Shown in pieces: positions 18,894 to 28,511 of a stretch of DNA of 64,000 nt (position 1 is the first letter of the stretch; every line of letters starts with the position of its first letter). The stretch spans positions 131,796 through 195,795 of the forward strand of contig WYAZ01000031.1 of the NCBI GenBank assembly GCA_011526105.1, given 5' to 3'. A program made the position numbers and the translations under genes. Source of the stretch: Deltaproteobacteria bacterium. Its GTDB lineage: Bacteria; Myxococcota; Kuafuiibacteriia; Kuafuiibacteriales; Kuafuiibacteriaceae. The notes beneath the pieces were generated by a model. The model did not search any database. It was not told where the DNA came from and saw only the letters and a list, made by a program, of their open reading frames with translations.

Positions 18894-19520
18894 TCAGATC
18901 CGCCGAGAACGGATCAGCCGGTAGATGTAGACTCGGCTCCGTCGCTTCCAGCTCATGTCGAGCCGAAGCTCATCGACCTGTTCGAAGTATGGGTTGTCGT
19001 CGAGGTCGCGCACGGAAGCCAGCAGAAGGCCCTTCTTCAGGGAGGAGAGACGGAAGACCATCCGGTCCACGAGCGTGGCTGGGAACGCAGTGGAGCACGT
19101 ATAGATCGCGGTGGCGTCCGACAGATCATGACGCATGAAGTCCCCTTCCTCGAGGTGTACGTCCTTGGTTTCGAGGAGGCCCGCTCGGCGAACTTCGTGG
19201 AGCATCTCTCTTGCGATGCGCGCCCTGGAGCTCGCGAGCTCGATGCCGACGCATTTCTTCAGAGGCCGGCTCATCGCAGCCTGGATCACGAACTTCCCGA
19301 GGCCGCTGCCGAGATCGTAGAGCACGTCTTTGGGGCCCAAGTTCAGGTGGTCGAGCAAAGCCTCGGTCGCGGCCGGCATGATCTCCCCGTACATGCTGGA
19401 GGATCGTGCTCGCAGGATGCGATCCTCCTCGTCTCCGCTGAGATCGTAGTAGCCGTGGAGACCGCGATAGAGTCGCTGAATCGCGACTCGAGGCTGCTTG
19501 GACTTCGTGGGCGAACGCAT
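18894..19520 (-). CDS. Class I SAM-dependent methyltransferase (start re-placed to ATG 19520, MRSPTKSKQPRV...)
   Basis: Motif I VLYDLGSGLGKFVIQAA; track ORF N-terminus (WRWRRQ repeats) overlaps the kinase gene and is rejected. Confidence 0.6.
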   Translation of the reverse strand: MRSPTKSKQPRVAIQRLYRGLHGYYDLSGDEEDRILRARSSSMYGEIMPAATEALLDHLNLGPKDVLYDLGSGLGKFVIQAAMSRPLKKCVGIELASSRARIAREMLHEVRRAGLLETKDVHLEEGDFMRHDLSDATAIYTCSTAFPATLVDRMVFRLSSLKKGLLLASVRDLDDNPYFEQVDELRLDMSWKRRSRVYIYRLIRSRRI

Positions 19521-19530
19521 GGGCCAGGTC

Positions 19531-21213
19531 CTAGAGGTCGTCGCCCTCGAACAGGAGCGGCTTTGATCGAGGTTGGAGCTTGGGCTGTGGCTCGGGCTCG
19601 GGTGGCTCTGCGGGCGGGACAGGTGAGGCCACACGCCGCTTCGGGCCAGGCCGGATCCTCGTCGGCTTTCTGGGGCGCGCCGGCTCTCGAATCTCAGCCT
19701 CCTTGGGCGGCGCCTTCTCTGCGTCGGTCGTGGGCGCTGCCCCGACCTCCACTGGCGCCTCCACCTCCATTGGCGCCTCCACCTCCATTGGCGGCTCCAC
19801 CTCCGCCTCCACCTCCAAGGGTACATCCCGCGGTGGTGCCGGCGTGACCTCGACCGGTTCTGGCTTCGAGAGGAAAGCGAAGAGAGCCAAAGCGAAGATC
19901 AGGACGGCGGCCGCAGCCAGAGGCAGACGAGACTTCCCAGGTACGCGGTTCGATGCCGGGCGGATGAGGGTTCGCACATCCGTATCCTGAACCGCGCTGT
20001 TCCTCGTCCGATTCGGGGGGACGGTTCCGAGGAGCGCCTTCTTTACTTCGGTCGGGGATGGGTCGGGCCGATCGAGCTCCGGAAGCTCGAGGGTGTCGGC
20101 CTCGACCTCGGGCGGAAGGCCCTCGGCCTGGGCCGTGGGTATGGCGCCTCTCGGTCTCGAGGTCGAAGGTTGCTGACGCGCGAGCAGCGCCGCGAGCTGC
20201 TCGCGCGGCGCGCCCGTGAGCGCGAGTCTTGCCACCTCGGCGCGAATCTCGAGGGTGTCCGCGAAGACCGACTTCATGAGCTTCTCGATGGGCGCGGGGG
20301 TGACCCGAGAGCCCTGGCTCATCAGGAAGTCACGCAGCTCGTCGCCGAGCGCTCGCGCGGTGGGGTGTCGGTGCGTGGGGTCTCGCTGCAGGGCCTTCAT
20401 CACGATCGCCTCGAGCCCCAGCGGGTAACCTTCCACCCGCGTGCTTGGTCTCGGCACCGCGAGCTCGAGGACTCGCGTGAGCGTATCGAGCTCGCGTTTG
20501 GCCTTGAAGAGACGCTGACCGACGGTGCTCTCCCACAAGACGATGCCTAAGGCGAAGACGTCTACCCGTCGATCGAGCATGCCCTGCGCGCGAATTTGCT
20601 CGGGCGCCATATAGGGCAGCGTGCCTCGCCAGACTCCGGGCCGGGTGTTCTTGAGCTGATCGATCGCCTTGGCGATGCCGAAGTCCATGAGCCGGACCAC
20701 GCCGTCGTAGCCCACCATGATGTTCTGGGGTGCGACATCGCGGTGGACGACCTCGAGTGAGGCTCCATCCCGGTCCTTGAGTTCATGCGCGGCGTGAAGC
20801 CCTTCGCAACACTGCAGAATGATCTGAAGCGTCACGTCGATCGGGAGGGGGCGCCCCGCGTTCCATGTGTGTTGCAGGAGACGCGAGAGCGTCTCACCAC
20901 TCACGTAGTCCATGCTCAGGTAGTAGCAGCCATCCTCGATGCCAACATCCGAGATCGCCACCACGCTCGGATGATGAATGCGTGACGCGATGCGGGCTTC
21001 GTTCAAGAAGAGGTCGATGAACTTCGTCTCTCCGCTGAGGTGTTCGTGGATCATCTTGACAGCGAACAAGCGGTGGAATCCGCCGAGACCGGCGACGCGC
21101 GCGAGGTGGACCTTGGCGGTGGCGCCGTGACCGAGCTCGGCGAGGAGCTCATAGCGTCCCACCTTGTCGGGGCTGGACCCACCGGGGCGGGACGTGGCGA
21201 GCTCGGGGGTCAT
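19531..21213 (-). CDS. Hanks-type Ser/Thr protein kinase with Pro-rich juxtamembrane region, one TM helix and repetitive acidic C-terminal tail
   Basis: 560 aa; GxGxxAxV...AVK, HRDVAPQN catalytic loop, DFG, APE motifs; TM LPLAAAAVLIFALALFAFL; tail PMEVEAPMEVEAPVEV repeats. Confidence 0.9.
   Translation of the reverse strand: MTPELATSRPGGSSPDKVGRYELLAELGHGATAKVHLARVAGLGGFHRLFAVKMIHEHLSGETKFIDLFLNEARIASRIHHPSVVAISDVGIEDGCYYLSMDYVSGETLSRLLQHTWNAGRPLPIDVTLQIILQCCEGLHAAHELKDRDGASLEVVHRDVAPQNIMVGYDGVVRLMDFGIAKAIDQLKNTRPGVWRGTLPYMAPEQIRAQGMLDRRVDVFALGIVLWESTVGQRLFKAKRELDTLTRVLELAVPRPSTRVEGYPLGLEAIVMKALQRDPTHRHPTARALGDELRDFLMSQGSRVTPAPIEKLMKSVFADTLEIRAEVARLALTGAPREQLAALLARQQPSTSRPRGAIPTAQAEGLPPEVEADTLELPELDRPDPSPTEVKKALLGTVPPNRTRNSAVQDTDVRTLIRPASNRVPGKSRLPLAAAAVLIFALALFAFLSKPEPVEVTPAPPRDVPLEVEAEVEPPMEVEAPMEVEAPVEVGAAPTTDAEKAPPKEAEIREPARPRKPTRIRPGPKRRVASPVPPAEPPEPEPQPKLQPRSKPLLFEGDDL
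19735..19812 (-). repeat. Tandem ~18-bp coding repeats (CGCCTCCACCTCCATTGG units) in kinase tail
   Basis: Read directly: ctccactggcgcctccacctccattggcgcctccacctccattggcggctccacctcc. Confidence 0.6.
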
Positions 21214-21409
21214 GGAAGGAGCGCTCGAGCCGAAGCGTAGCGAAGCCCGTCCGATCGCGCGAGGGCTTCGCCCTTTCGGCTCGCGTGGAACCCCCGAGCC
21301 TGTCCGGTCAACTTGTCGCGCGGTCGAGCAGCCTGTCTCAGTGTGCGCCGAAGGTCCCTCATTTCAGGCACGTAGCTGGGCTGGCCCACTGCGTGCAGTG
21401 GATGTGGGC

Positions 21410-22552
21410 ATGCTTAGACGAATCGCCCCGCTGTGGCTGTTTCCGTTCATCGCTTGTGGGACCGAAGGGTCTGTCTCCGAGATCACCCCGACCGTGCCGA
21501 TGGGGCAGGGACGACTCGCGCTCGAGATCGCGGCCGCGTTCGATGACTTGCAGTCCGCCGGCAACGGAAAGCCGGCTCGGGTGCTCGCGGGCCTGAGCGA
21601 GATCATCGTCGACATCGACGAGGTCACCGCCCACTCGAGCGAAGCGGGCTGGGTGGTGTTGCTCCGAGAACCAAGACGAGTGGACATCCTGCGCCTCGCG
21701 GACAGCGCGGTCGAGCTCGGCTTCGCGGATCTGCCGCCAGGACACATCAGTCAGATTCGATTGCATGTGGCGGAGGACTCGAGTCCGTTCGTCACCGACG
21801 CCGAGGGCGCGACCCATCCCTTGAAGGTGCCGTCCGGCATGCAGAGCGGCATCAAGCTCAAGGGCCTTTGGGATCTTCACGCGTGCCAAGTGACGCGTGT
21901 GCAGGCGCGGATTGATCGCCGCAACTCGATTCACGTGATCTCCACGGGTCACGGGGATCAGCACATCCTGAGGCCGGTCATCTTCGCGGGTGGTACGAGC
22001 CTCGAGGCGGTCGGCTGCGGCGAGACGCCTCCGGGCGAAGGCGGCGAGACCCCGCCGGGCGTCGAAACGGGTGGTGATCCCAGCGGCCCACTCGACCCGG
22101 GCGGCGAAGGGACTCCAGGTGAAGGGGACGCTCCGGGCACGGATCCCGAGGGTGGTACGCCGGGTGGCGAGACGCCTCCGGGCGAAGGCGGCGAGATCCC
22201 TCCGGTGGGCGGTGACCCGACTGTTCCGGAGTCACCCACGGGTGGTGGGGGCGGCGAGCCCGACGAAGGGCTCTGCGAGAGCGGTCAGACCTGCGCATCG
22301 GGCTACCATTGCGGGCCAGACCGGGGTCTGCATCCCCTCATTCTAGCGCTGAGTGCCGAGCTCAGCGACCCTTTCGGGGTCGCGGCATGTCGTACTGGTC
22401 GAGGCGTCGAACGAGCGCCTGACGTGAGATCCCGAGCATCTTCGCCGCGCGGCTCTGATTGCCCCCGCATGTCTCGAGCGCTTCTGCGATGCGCTCGCGC
22501 TCCATCTCCGAGAGTTCGCTCTGAAGCGAGGTCTCGGACTCCTCACGAATGA
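21410..22552 (+). CDS. DUF4382-like lipoprotein with C-terminal Pro/Gly/Glu/Thr-rich repeats (start re-placed to ATG 21410, MLRRIAPLWLFPFIACG lipobox); 3' end uncertain
   Basis: Lipoprotein signal; middle region ...LKVPSGMQSGIKLKG... resembles DUF4382; reading frame runs 190 bp into the convergent sigma54-activator gene without a stop. Confidence 0.5.
   Translation: MLRRIAPLWLFPFIACGTEGSVSEITPTVPMGQGRLALEIAAAFDDLQSAGNGKPARVLAGLSEIIVDIDEVTAHSSEAGWVVLLREPRRVDILRLADSAVELGFADLPPGHISQIRLHVAEDSSPFVTDAEGATHPLKVPSGMQSGIKLKGLWDLHACQVTRVQARIDRRNSIHVISTGHGDQHILRPVIFAGGTSLEAVGCGETPPGEGGETPPGVETGGDPSGPLDPGGEGTPGEGDAPGTDPEGGTPGGETPPGEGGEIPPVGGDPTVPESPTGGGGGEPDEGLCESGQTCASGYHCGPDRGLHPLILALSAELSDPFGVAACRTGRGVERAPDVRSRASSPRGSDCPRMSRALLRCARAPSPRVRSEARSRTPHE
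21990..22215 (+). repeat. Low-complexity coding repeats incl. ~31-bp direct repeat GGCGAGACGCCTCCGGGCGAAGGCGGCGAGA (22019-22049 and 22167-22197)
   Basis: Read directly; encodes GETPPGEGGE(T/I)PP units. Confidence 0.6.
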
Positions 22553-24134
22553 CGAGCCTCGCTTCGCCGGCCAGCCGTCTGGGATCTCTGCCGGCTGACG
22601 GGTAGAGGACCGGTGAATCCAGCTTCTCCATCGGAAGGTGCGAGGTGTCGATGGGGACGCCGGCGGAGAGCACGACGGCGTGCTCCACCACGTTTCTCAG
22701 CTCTCGAACGTTTCCGGGCCAGGCGTAGCTCTCGAGAACCGCGAGGGCGGCAGGCGTGAAGATCGTGCCGTCGGGCGCGAAGACGCGCGCGAGCGCGTGG
22801 ATCTCGGACCGGCGTTCTCTAAGCGGCGGCACGTGCAGCGTCACCCCGTTGAGTCGGTAGTAGAGGTCTTGTCTGAAGACGCCTTGCGCGATGGCCCGTG
22901 ACAGGTCGCGATTCGTGGCGGACACGAATCTGACGTCGATCGGAATGGGCTCGAGTCCGCCCACTCGCCGCAGCTCGCGCTCTTCGATCACGCGGAGCAA
23001 CTTGACTTGCGTGGAGAGAGACATCTCGCCCAGCTCATCGAGCAGGACGGTGCCTCCTTGTGCGGTCTCGAGCAGGCCCGGCTTGGCCTTGATCGCTCCG
23101 GTGAACGCGCCCTTTTCGTGGCCGAAGAGCTCGCTTTCGAGCATCTCCTCCGTAAACCCGCCGCAGTTGATCGCCAAGAACGGACGCCCCACCCGCGCGG
23201 AGCGTTCGTGGAGACTGCGCGCGATGACCTCCTTGCCCGAACCGGTCTCTCCGAGCACGAGCACGGAGAGCTCGCTGGCCGCGACTCGATCGACCAGATC
23301 GTAGAGCCGCTTCATCGCCGGGTCGTCGAGGACCACCGGATGAGAGAGCACGGAACTCGCTCGCCCTTGGCGTCTGGCTCCGAGGCGCGCGAGCAACGCC
23401 GCCGCTTCGTGTCCATCTCGGGGATACGAAGCGGCCTTCAGATCTGGCGCGAGGCCCAGCCTTGCGAAGGCGAAACGCAAGCTGGCGAGCGTCGTCTCGA
23501 GATGTGCGGGGTCGGCCTCCGCGAGCAGCACATCGTACTGACCCGGCGCATAGACCGCCATGAGATCGCTCGGGCCCACGAGCCGAGACAAAGTGGACTC
23601 GACCTCTTCGCTCGGCGCCCCGGCGCCAGTGGTCAGACGCACGACCGCAAAGGTCTGGCCCAGGCGCTTGGCTCGTTCGCACTCCTCCTCGAGTCGAAGC
23701 TCGAAGTACCCATGGCGCAGAAGACGGCGGGGTGCGCTTTCGACGGGCAGGGCACGCTGAACGACGAGTGAGTTGCGTCCGGCATCGATGAGATCACCCG
23801 GAGCAAACGGGGTTTCGACCCCCGGGGGTAGGCGCTCGCCGCGAAGACGCGTTCCGTTGGCACTCCCGAGATCGGTGACGAAGAGGCCGGTGGTCCCTTC
23901 CGCCGGACGCTCGAAGCGGATCCGGGCGTGTTCCCTCGAGAGGGCGGGGTCCTGAATACTGACATCCGCACGCGGCGAGCGACCGATGACGAGGGTGCCG
24001 GGTTCTGGGGCGGCCAGGCTCTGGACGGCCTCGGGGCCAAAGACCAGGAGCCGAGTTCCGGTGCTCGAGAGCTCGGACCCCTCGGGAACGGTCTCATCTT
24101 CGCCAAACCCGGGCCCGCTGCGCTTCTCGGTCAT
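22362..24134 (-). CDS. Sigma-54-dependent transcriptional activator with N-terminal FHA domain and C-terminal Fis-type HTH (start re-placed to ATG 24134, MTEKRSGPG...)
   Basis: FHA signature, AAA+ sigma54-interaction domain (GETGSGKE Walker A, ESELFGHEKGAFTGA = GAFTGA motif), C-terminal ...QSRAAKMLGISRQALVRRL HTH. Confidence 0.85.
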   Translation of the reverse strand: MTEKRSGPGFGEDETVPEGSELSSTGTRLLVFGPEAVQSLAAPEPGTLVIGRSPRADVSIQDPALSREHARIRFERPAEGTTGLFVTDLGSANGTRLRGERLPPGVETPFAPGDLIDAGRNSLVVQRALPVESAPRRLLRHGYFELRLEEECERAKRLGQTFAVVRLTTGAGAPSEEVESTLSRLVGPSDLMAVYAPGQYDVLLAEADPAHLETTLASLRFAFARLGLAPDLKAASYPRDGHEAAALLARLGARRQGRASSVLSHPVVLDDPAMKRLYDLVDRVAASELSVLVLGETGSGKEVIARSLHERSARVGRPFLAINCGGFTEEMLESELFGHEKGAFTGAIKAKPGLLETAQGGTVLLDELGEMSLSTQVKLLRVIEERELRRVGGLEPIPIDVRFVSATNRDLSRAIAQGVFRQDLYYRLNGVTLHVPPLRERRSEIHALARVFAPDGTIFTPAALAVLESYAWPGNVRELRNVVEHAVVLSAGVPIDTSHLPMEKLDSPVLYPSAGRDPRRLAGEARLVIREESETSLQSELSEMERERIAEALETCGGNQSRAAKMLGISRQALVRRLDQYDMPRPRKGR

Positions 24135-24203
24135 GGAATGGTTCGCCGCCGAACCGTACCGGGAGGGAGGCAAGAGCTCAAGCCTTCTCGGTATACTGCG
24201 GCG

Positions 24204-25922
24204 ATGAACCCACGAGTTCAGCACATCACTTCTTTGGCGTGGGCGGTCGGGCTGGTCGCTTCCACGACGGCCTGCCGCGACGCCGAGCTCCCCACTTGCA
24301 TTCAGGACTCAGAGTGCCGAACCACCGAGATCTGTCACGAGCGGGCCTGCACTTCGACCGCCGAGTTCGAGTGCCGCGACGGGAGGTCGCCCGCGGTCAC
24401 CGTCGAGCCGAGCTTTCTCGAGATGGGTCAGATCTCTTCCTTCGTCGTTCGAAAGCCTCTCACCATCGCGAACGTGGGCGATTGCGAACTGCAGCTCGTC
24501 TCCTTCGAGATGGCCTCGGGGACGGGCTCGCGCTTCAGCTGCGTCGATTGTGAGCTGGGGCTCCCGGTCATCCTCTATCCCGGACGGAGCAAGACCATCG
24601 AGGTCGCGGTGGGGCCGGGTGAGGCGGGGCTCCTCGAAGACGAGCTCGTCGTGCAGAGCTCGGACGAAAAGGATCGGTACCTGCGCGTGCGGCTGTCGGC
24701 CGACTCGCTCGGCCTGCCGCACATGACGGTGGTGCCGGAGTCCGTGGACTTCGGCTTTGTGCCGCCAGGTACACGCGTGCGTCGGGTCGTCTCCGTGGTC
24801 AACACCGGGCTCGGGGCCAGTCCATTGTTCGTGTCCGAGGTATCTCTGTCGGGCGCGGACCGCGATCGCTTCAGCCTCGTGGACGCGCCAGGTGGGCGCG
24901 TCGAGATCGCCCCGTCCTCACTCGACGCCTCCGCGCGGCTCGACCTCACGATCGAGCTCGCGCCGACCGACGCCCGTGCCCATCTCGGGGAGCTCTTGGT
25001 AAAGCAAGAGAGCGGCGCTCCGGTCACGGTGCATCTCAGCAGCCTCGCGGACCCTCCGGACCTCGAGGTCTCGCTCCCTTCCATCGACTTCGGAGCCGCG
25101 CCGCTAGGGCAGAGCGTGGCGAGAAACATCACGCTGCAGAACACCGGGCGAGCGCCGCTGCTCGCCTCGGCCCGGGTCGAGAGCTCGAGCTCGGATCTCG
25201 TGCTCTTGCGCGCGTTCTCGGCGAGCATCGAACCGGGCGCGTACGTTCAGCTCGGGTTGGTCTTCAATCCCACCGTGGTGGGGACGGTGACTGGCACGCT
25301 CGTCATCCAGAGCAACGACCCCACGGAGACCGAGGTCCGAATCCCGCTCGTCGGGGTCGGAGAGGCGCTCCCACCTGGCAACGAAGTGGTCGCGGTGGAG
25401 ATGCGCTTTCAGAACAGCTCGAACTCGTTTCTCGATCAGGACATCCGAGACGTCGATCTGATCCTCGAGAGCCCGGTGGGGGCCATCTGCAGAGAGGACA
25501 CGCCCTCACCGACCTGGGGGTCCTTTGGCTCACCTCGGTGGACCGCGGCTCCGCCCGAGAAGAACCCGGAGCGCATCATCCTCTCGGGGGCTCAGGAGGA
25601 CGGCGACTTCCCGGTGCTGCTCACCTATCTGCAAGACTGCGCCTCGCTTCCCACGGCGCTCACTGCACTCGTGCTCGGTATCGGGGTGACGGAGCTGGGC
25701 GACTACTTGAGTGACGGAAGTGTCGCCATCGACGGGGTTGAATTCGCGAATGCGGTGGAGGAGACCTGTGTCCAGCGAAAGAGCGCCGGCGCCCACCTCG
25801 TGGTTACCATCAACGGCGCGCCGGTCTACGATCAGCCGGTTCAGCTCTCGAGCAAGGGCGATTTCGCGACCCCGGTCGTCTTGCGCCGGCAAGGGTCGGT
25901 CTTCAGCGTCGTGCCTCGCTGA
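24204..25922 (+). CDS. Lipoprotein with tandem Ig-like beta-sandwich repeat domains (start re-placed to ATG 24204, MNPRVQHITSLAWAVGLVASTTAC)
   Basis: Lipobox; at least four ~100-aa repeats each with ...L.N.G...L...V.L.G.....F.L... pattern typical of myxobacterial cell-surface repeat domains. Confidence 0.5.
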   Translation: MNPRVQHITSLAWAVGLVASTTACRDAELPTCIQDSECRTTEICHERACTSTAEFECRDGRSPAVTVEPSFLEMGQISSFVVRKPLTIANVGDCELQLVSFEMASGTGSRFSCVDCELGLPVILYPGRSKTIEVAVGPGEAGLLEDELVVQSSDEKDRYLRVRLSADSLGLPHMTVVPESVDFGFVPPGTRVRRVVSVVNTGLGASPLFVSEVSLSGADRDRFSLVDAPGGRVEIAPSSLDASARLDLTIELAPTDARAHLGELLVKQESGAPVTVHLSSLADPPDLEVSLPSIDFGAAPLGQSVARNITLQNTGRAPLLASARVESSSSDLVLLRAFSASIEPGAYVQLGLVFNPTVVGTVTGTLVIQSNDPTETEVRIPLVGVGEALPPGNEVVAVEMRFQNSSNSFLDQDIRDVDLILESPVGAICREDTPSPTWGSFGSPRWTAAPPEKNPERIILSGAQEDGDFPVLLTYLQDCASLPTALTALVLGIGVTELGDYLSDGSVAIDGVEFANAVEETCVQRKSAGAHLVVTINGAPVYDQPVQLSSKGDFATPVVLRRQGSVFSVVPR

Positions 25923-25932
25923 GCGCCAGCGG

Positions 25933-28314
25933 TCACGCTATCGAATAGCCGAGGTATCCGCGCGGCTCGGGTGGTCGCGCCCCCCTCGGAGGTGGGGCGA
26001 GCACGGCGGGGAGCACCTCGCTCATCTCGGACACGAACACGACCTCGATCGCGTCCCTCACCGAGTTCGGCAGCTCGTCGTAGTCCTCCGCGTTTCGTGC
26101 GGGGAGCACCACGCGCTTGATGCCGCGGGCGTGCGCGGCGAGGACCTTTGCCTTGATGCCGCCCACCGGCAGGACCCGGCCCCGCAGCGTCGCCTCGCCG
26201 GTCATCGCGACGTCATCACGAAGCCTCTGGCCAGACAGCAGGGAGGCGAGCGCGGCGAACATGGTGATGCCGGCCGAAGGGCCGTCCTTGGGCGTGGCCC
26301 CCGCGGGGACGTGCAAGTGAACGTCGCGATCCCGCAGGATGTCCTCTCGGATCCCGAGGCCCTTCGATTGCGCGAGTACGTAGGTGAGCGCGGCCTGCGC
26401 GGATTCCTTCATCACGTCGCCGAGCTGACCGGTGACGACGAGCTTGCCTTGACCGGGGACGAGGGAGGCCTCGACGTAGAGCACGTCTCCGCCGACCGGG
26501 GTCCAAGCCAGGCCGACCGCAACTCCGGGTTGGCTGGGGCCTTCGTGAGCGTCCTCGGTGAACTTCCGTCGGCCGAGCAGCTCCTTTAGGTCGCCCTTCT
26601 GCACTCGGAGTGGTGCATCGAGTTCCGAGCGCACCTTCTTTACGGCGGCCGCGCGAAACAGGCGGCCGAGCACTCGCTGGAGCTGACGCACGCCGGCCTC
26701 GCGCGTCCAGCCGGCGATGAGATCTTCGAGAGCGTCGTCGTCGAGCGCGAGGTCGTCGGGCGACAGCCCGGAGTTCTCCGCCAACTTCTTCCACACGTGT
26801 CCGCGGGCGATACCTCGCTTGTCCTCGCTGGTGTAGCCGTCGATCTGCAGAACCTGCATGCGGTCGCGGAGGGGGGCCGCGATCTCCGAAAGGTCATTTG
26901 CGGTCGCAATAAAGAGGGCCTTCGAGAGATCGAAGGGGAGCTCGAGATAGTGGTCGGTGAAGTTACTGTTCTGCTCTGGATCGAGGATCTCGAGGAGCGC
27001 CGCCGCAGGGTCGCCTTGCCACCCGCGTCCGAGCTTGTCGACCTCATCGAGCAGGACGACTGGATCCTGCACCGCCGCTCGACGAAAGCCCTCGAGGAGT
27101 CGGCCCGGCCGAGCCCCCACGTAGGTTCGACGGTGTCCTCGGAGCTCGGCTTCGTCGCGAACGCCGCCGAGCGCCACGCGCAGAAGCTTGCGTCCCGTGG
27201 CGTCCGCGATCGCCTGAGCGATGCTGGTCTTGCCCACCCCCGGCGGGCCCACGAGCAGGAGCACGTCCGCGCGTCCGCGACCCGAGAGCTTTCGCACCGC
27301 CATGTACTCCAGGACTTGGCGTTTGACTTCCTCGAGGCCCGAGTGCGTTTCGTTGAGCGTCTTCTCGATGGTGTCGAGGTCAATCTCGGTGGCGCTCGCT
27401 CGATTCCACGGGAGGTCGGCCACCCAGGTGAGCCAGTCGATGGTGACGGAGCGCTCGGGGGTGGTGCGACCGAGACGATCGAGGCGACGCAGCTCTTTGT
27501 CGACGGAGGCTTGAACCTCGGGCGGGAGGTCGCGAGCGACGAGGCGCGTACGAAGCTCGCCGAGGTCATCATCGTCACCTTCTCCGAGCTCCTGTTTGAT
27601 GGCCTCGAGCTGCTTGCGAAGCAACACCTCTCGGTTCTGGTCGTTGACGTCTGACATGACGCGGGCGCGAATGCTCTTCTGCGCGTCGATCAGATCCCGG
27701 ACCGCCTGAAGCTTCTTCAGGACCTTCTCTGCCCTCACGACCGGATCGAGCGTGAGCAGGATGTCCTTCTTCCACTCGTCGTCGTTCTCGAGCACCGCGG
27801 CCAGCATGTCGAGCAGCACGCCCTCGTCCTGGATCTGCGCGGCGATGCTCAGCATGGGAATGTTCTCCGCGAGGCCGCGAAGCTCCTCCAGCGTCCTTCG
27901 AAGCAGCGCCCGGGCGGCCTGTGCCTCGGGCCCATCCGGAAACTCGTCCGAGATGCGCTCATGACGAGCCCTGAGAAACGGCGTCTCGGTCTCGAACTCG
28001 AGGGAGACCCGGGTGATGCCCTGGATGAGCACGGACTTCACGTCCTTGTTCTCGGCCACGTCGCGCACGATCCGCGCGAGTGTCCCCACCGCGAGAAGAT
28101 TGTCGGGCGTCGGCGCTTGGGTGCCGTCCTTTTGGGCGGCGACGATGATGTAGCCCGTTGCGCGCGCTGCTTCGAGCGCGGCGAGGGATTGGCTGCGACC
28201 CACCGAGAAAGGCGTGGCGAGGCCCGGCAGCAGCACCCCGCTGCGCAGGGGCAGGACGGGGAGTTCGGAGGGCAGGCCCTCGGGAACATCGAAACTCAGC
28301 TCAAAATCGACCAC
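25933..28314 (-). CDS. lon: ATP-dependent Lon protease
   Basis: 793 aa; Lon N-domain, GPPGVGKTS Walker A, C-terminal DGPSAGITM catalytic Ser motif. Confidence 0.9.
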   Translation of the reverse strand: MVDFELSFDVPEGLPSELPVLPLRSGVLLPGLATPFSVGRSQSLAALEAARATGYIIVAAQKDGTQAPTPDNLLAVGTLARIVRDVAENKDVKSVLIQGITRVSLEFETETPFLRARHERISDEFPDGPEAQAARALLRRTLEELRGLAENIPMLSIAAQIQDEGVLLDMLAAVLENDDEWKKDILLTLDPVVRAEKVLKKLQAVRDLIDAQKSIRARVMSDVNDQNREVLLRKQLEAIKQELGEGDDDDLGELRTRLVARDLPPEVQASVDKELRRLDRLGRTTPERSVTIDWLTWVADLPWNRASATEIDLDTIEKTLNETHSGLEEVKRQVLEYMAVRKLSGRGRADVLLLVGPPGVGKTSIAQAIADATGRKLLRVALGGVRDEAELRGHRRTYVGARPGRLLEGFRRAAVQDPVVLLDEVDKLGRGWQGDPAAALLEILDPEQNSNFTDHYLELPFDLSKALFIATANDLSEIAAPLRDRMQVLQIDGYTSEDKRGIARGHVWKKLAENSGLSPDDLALDDDALEDLIAGWTREAGVRQLQRVLGRLFRAAAVKKVRSELDAPLRVQKGDLKELLGRRKFTEDAHEGPSQPGVAVGLAWTPVGGDVLYVEASLVPGQGKLVVTGQLGDVMKESAQAALTYVLAQSKGLGIREDILRDRDVHLHVPAGATPKDGPSAGITMFAALASLLSGQRLRDDVAMTGEATLRGRVLPVGGIKAKVLAAHARGIKRVVLPARNAEDYDELPNSVRDAIEVVFVSEMSEVLPAVLAPPPRGARPPEPRGYLGYSIA

Positions 28315-28511
28315 GTGACTCCTTTGGCGCGCCCTTTTGCGGCCGTTTCCGCGAGCCTGACCACCTCCCGCGAAGGGTCAAACCGAAGCCTCCGAGATCC
28401 CTATCGTGTGAGGGACATCTGTCGACGCATTGAGTCGTGTCACCGAGAGGACACACGAGCTTCTCGGGCTTGTCGCCCAGGGAGAACAGAGAACCAAGTA
28501 CACCTAAGGCC

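Noticed and set aside
19128-19847. 239-aa plus ORF and N-terminal WRWRRQ-repeat extension of the methyltransferase ORF
   Set aside because: Both derive from the repeat region of the kinase tail read in other frames or strands. The MTase start was moved to ATG 19520, which removes the overlap.
24150-24180. sigma54-type promoter upstream of lipoprotein 24204
   Set aside because: GG/GC spacing is 11 rather than 10 and the -12 element is poor; kept only as a weak note inside a finding.
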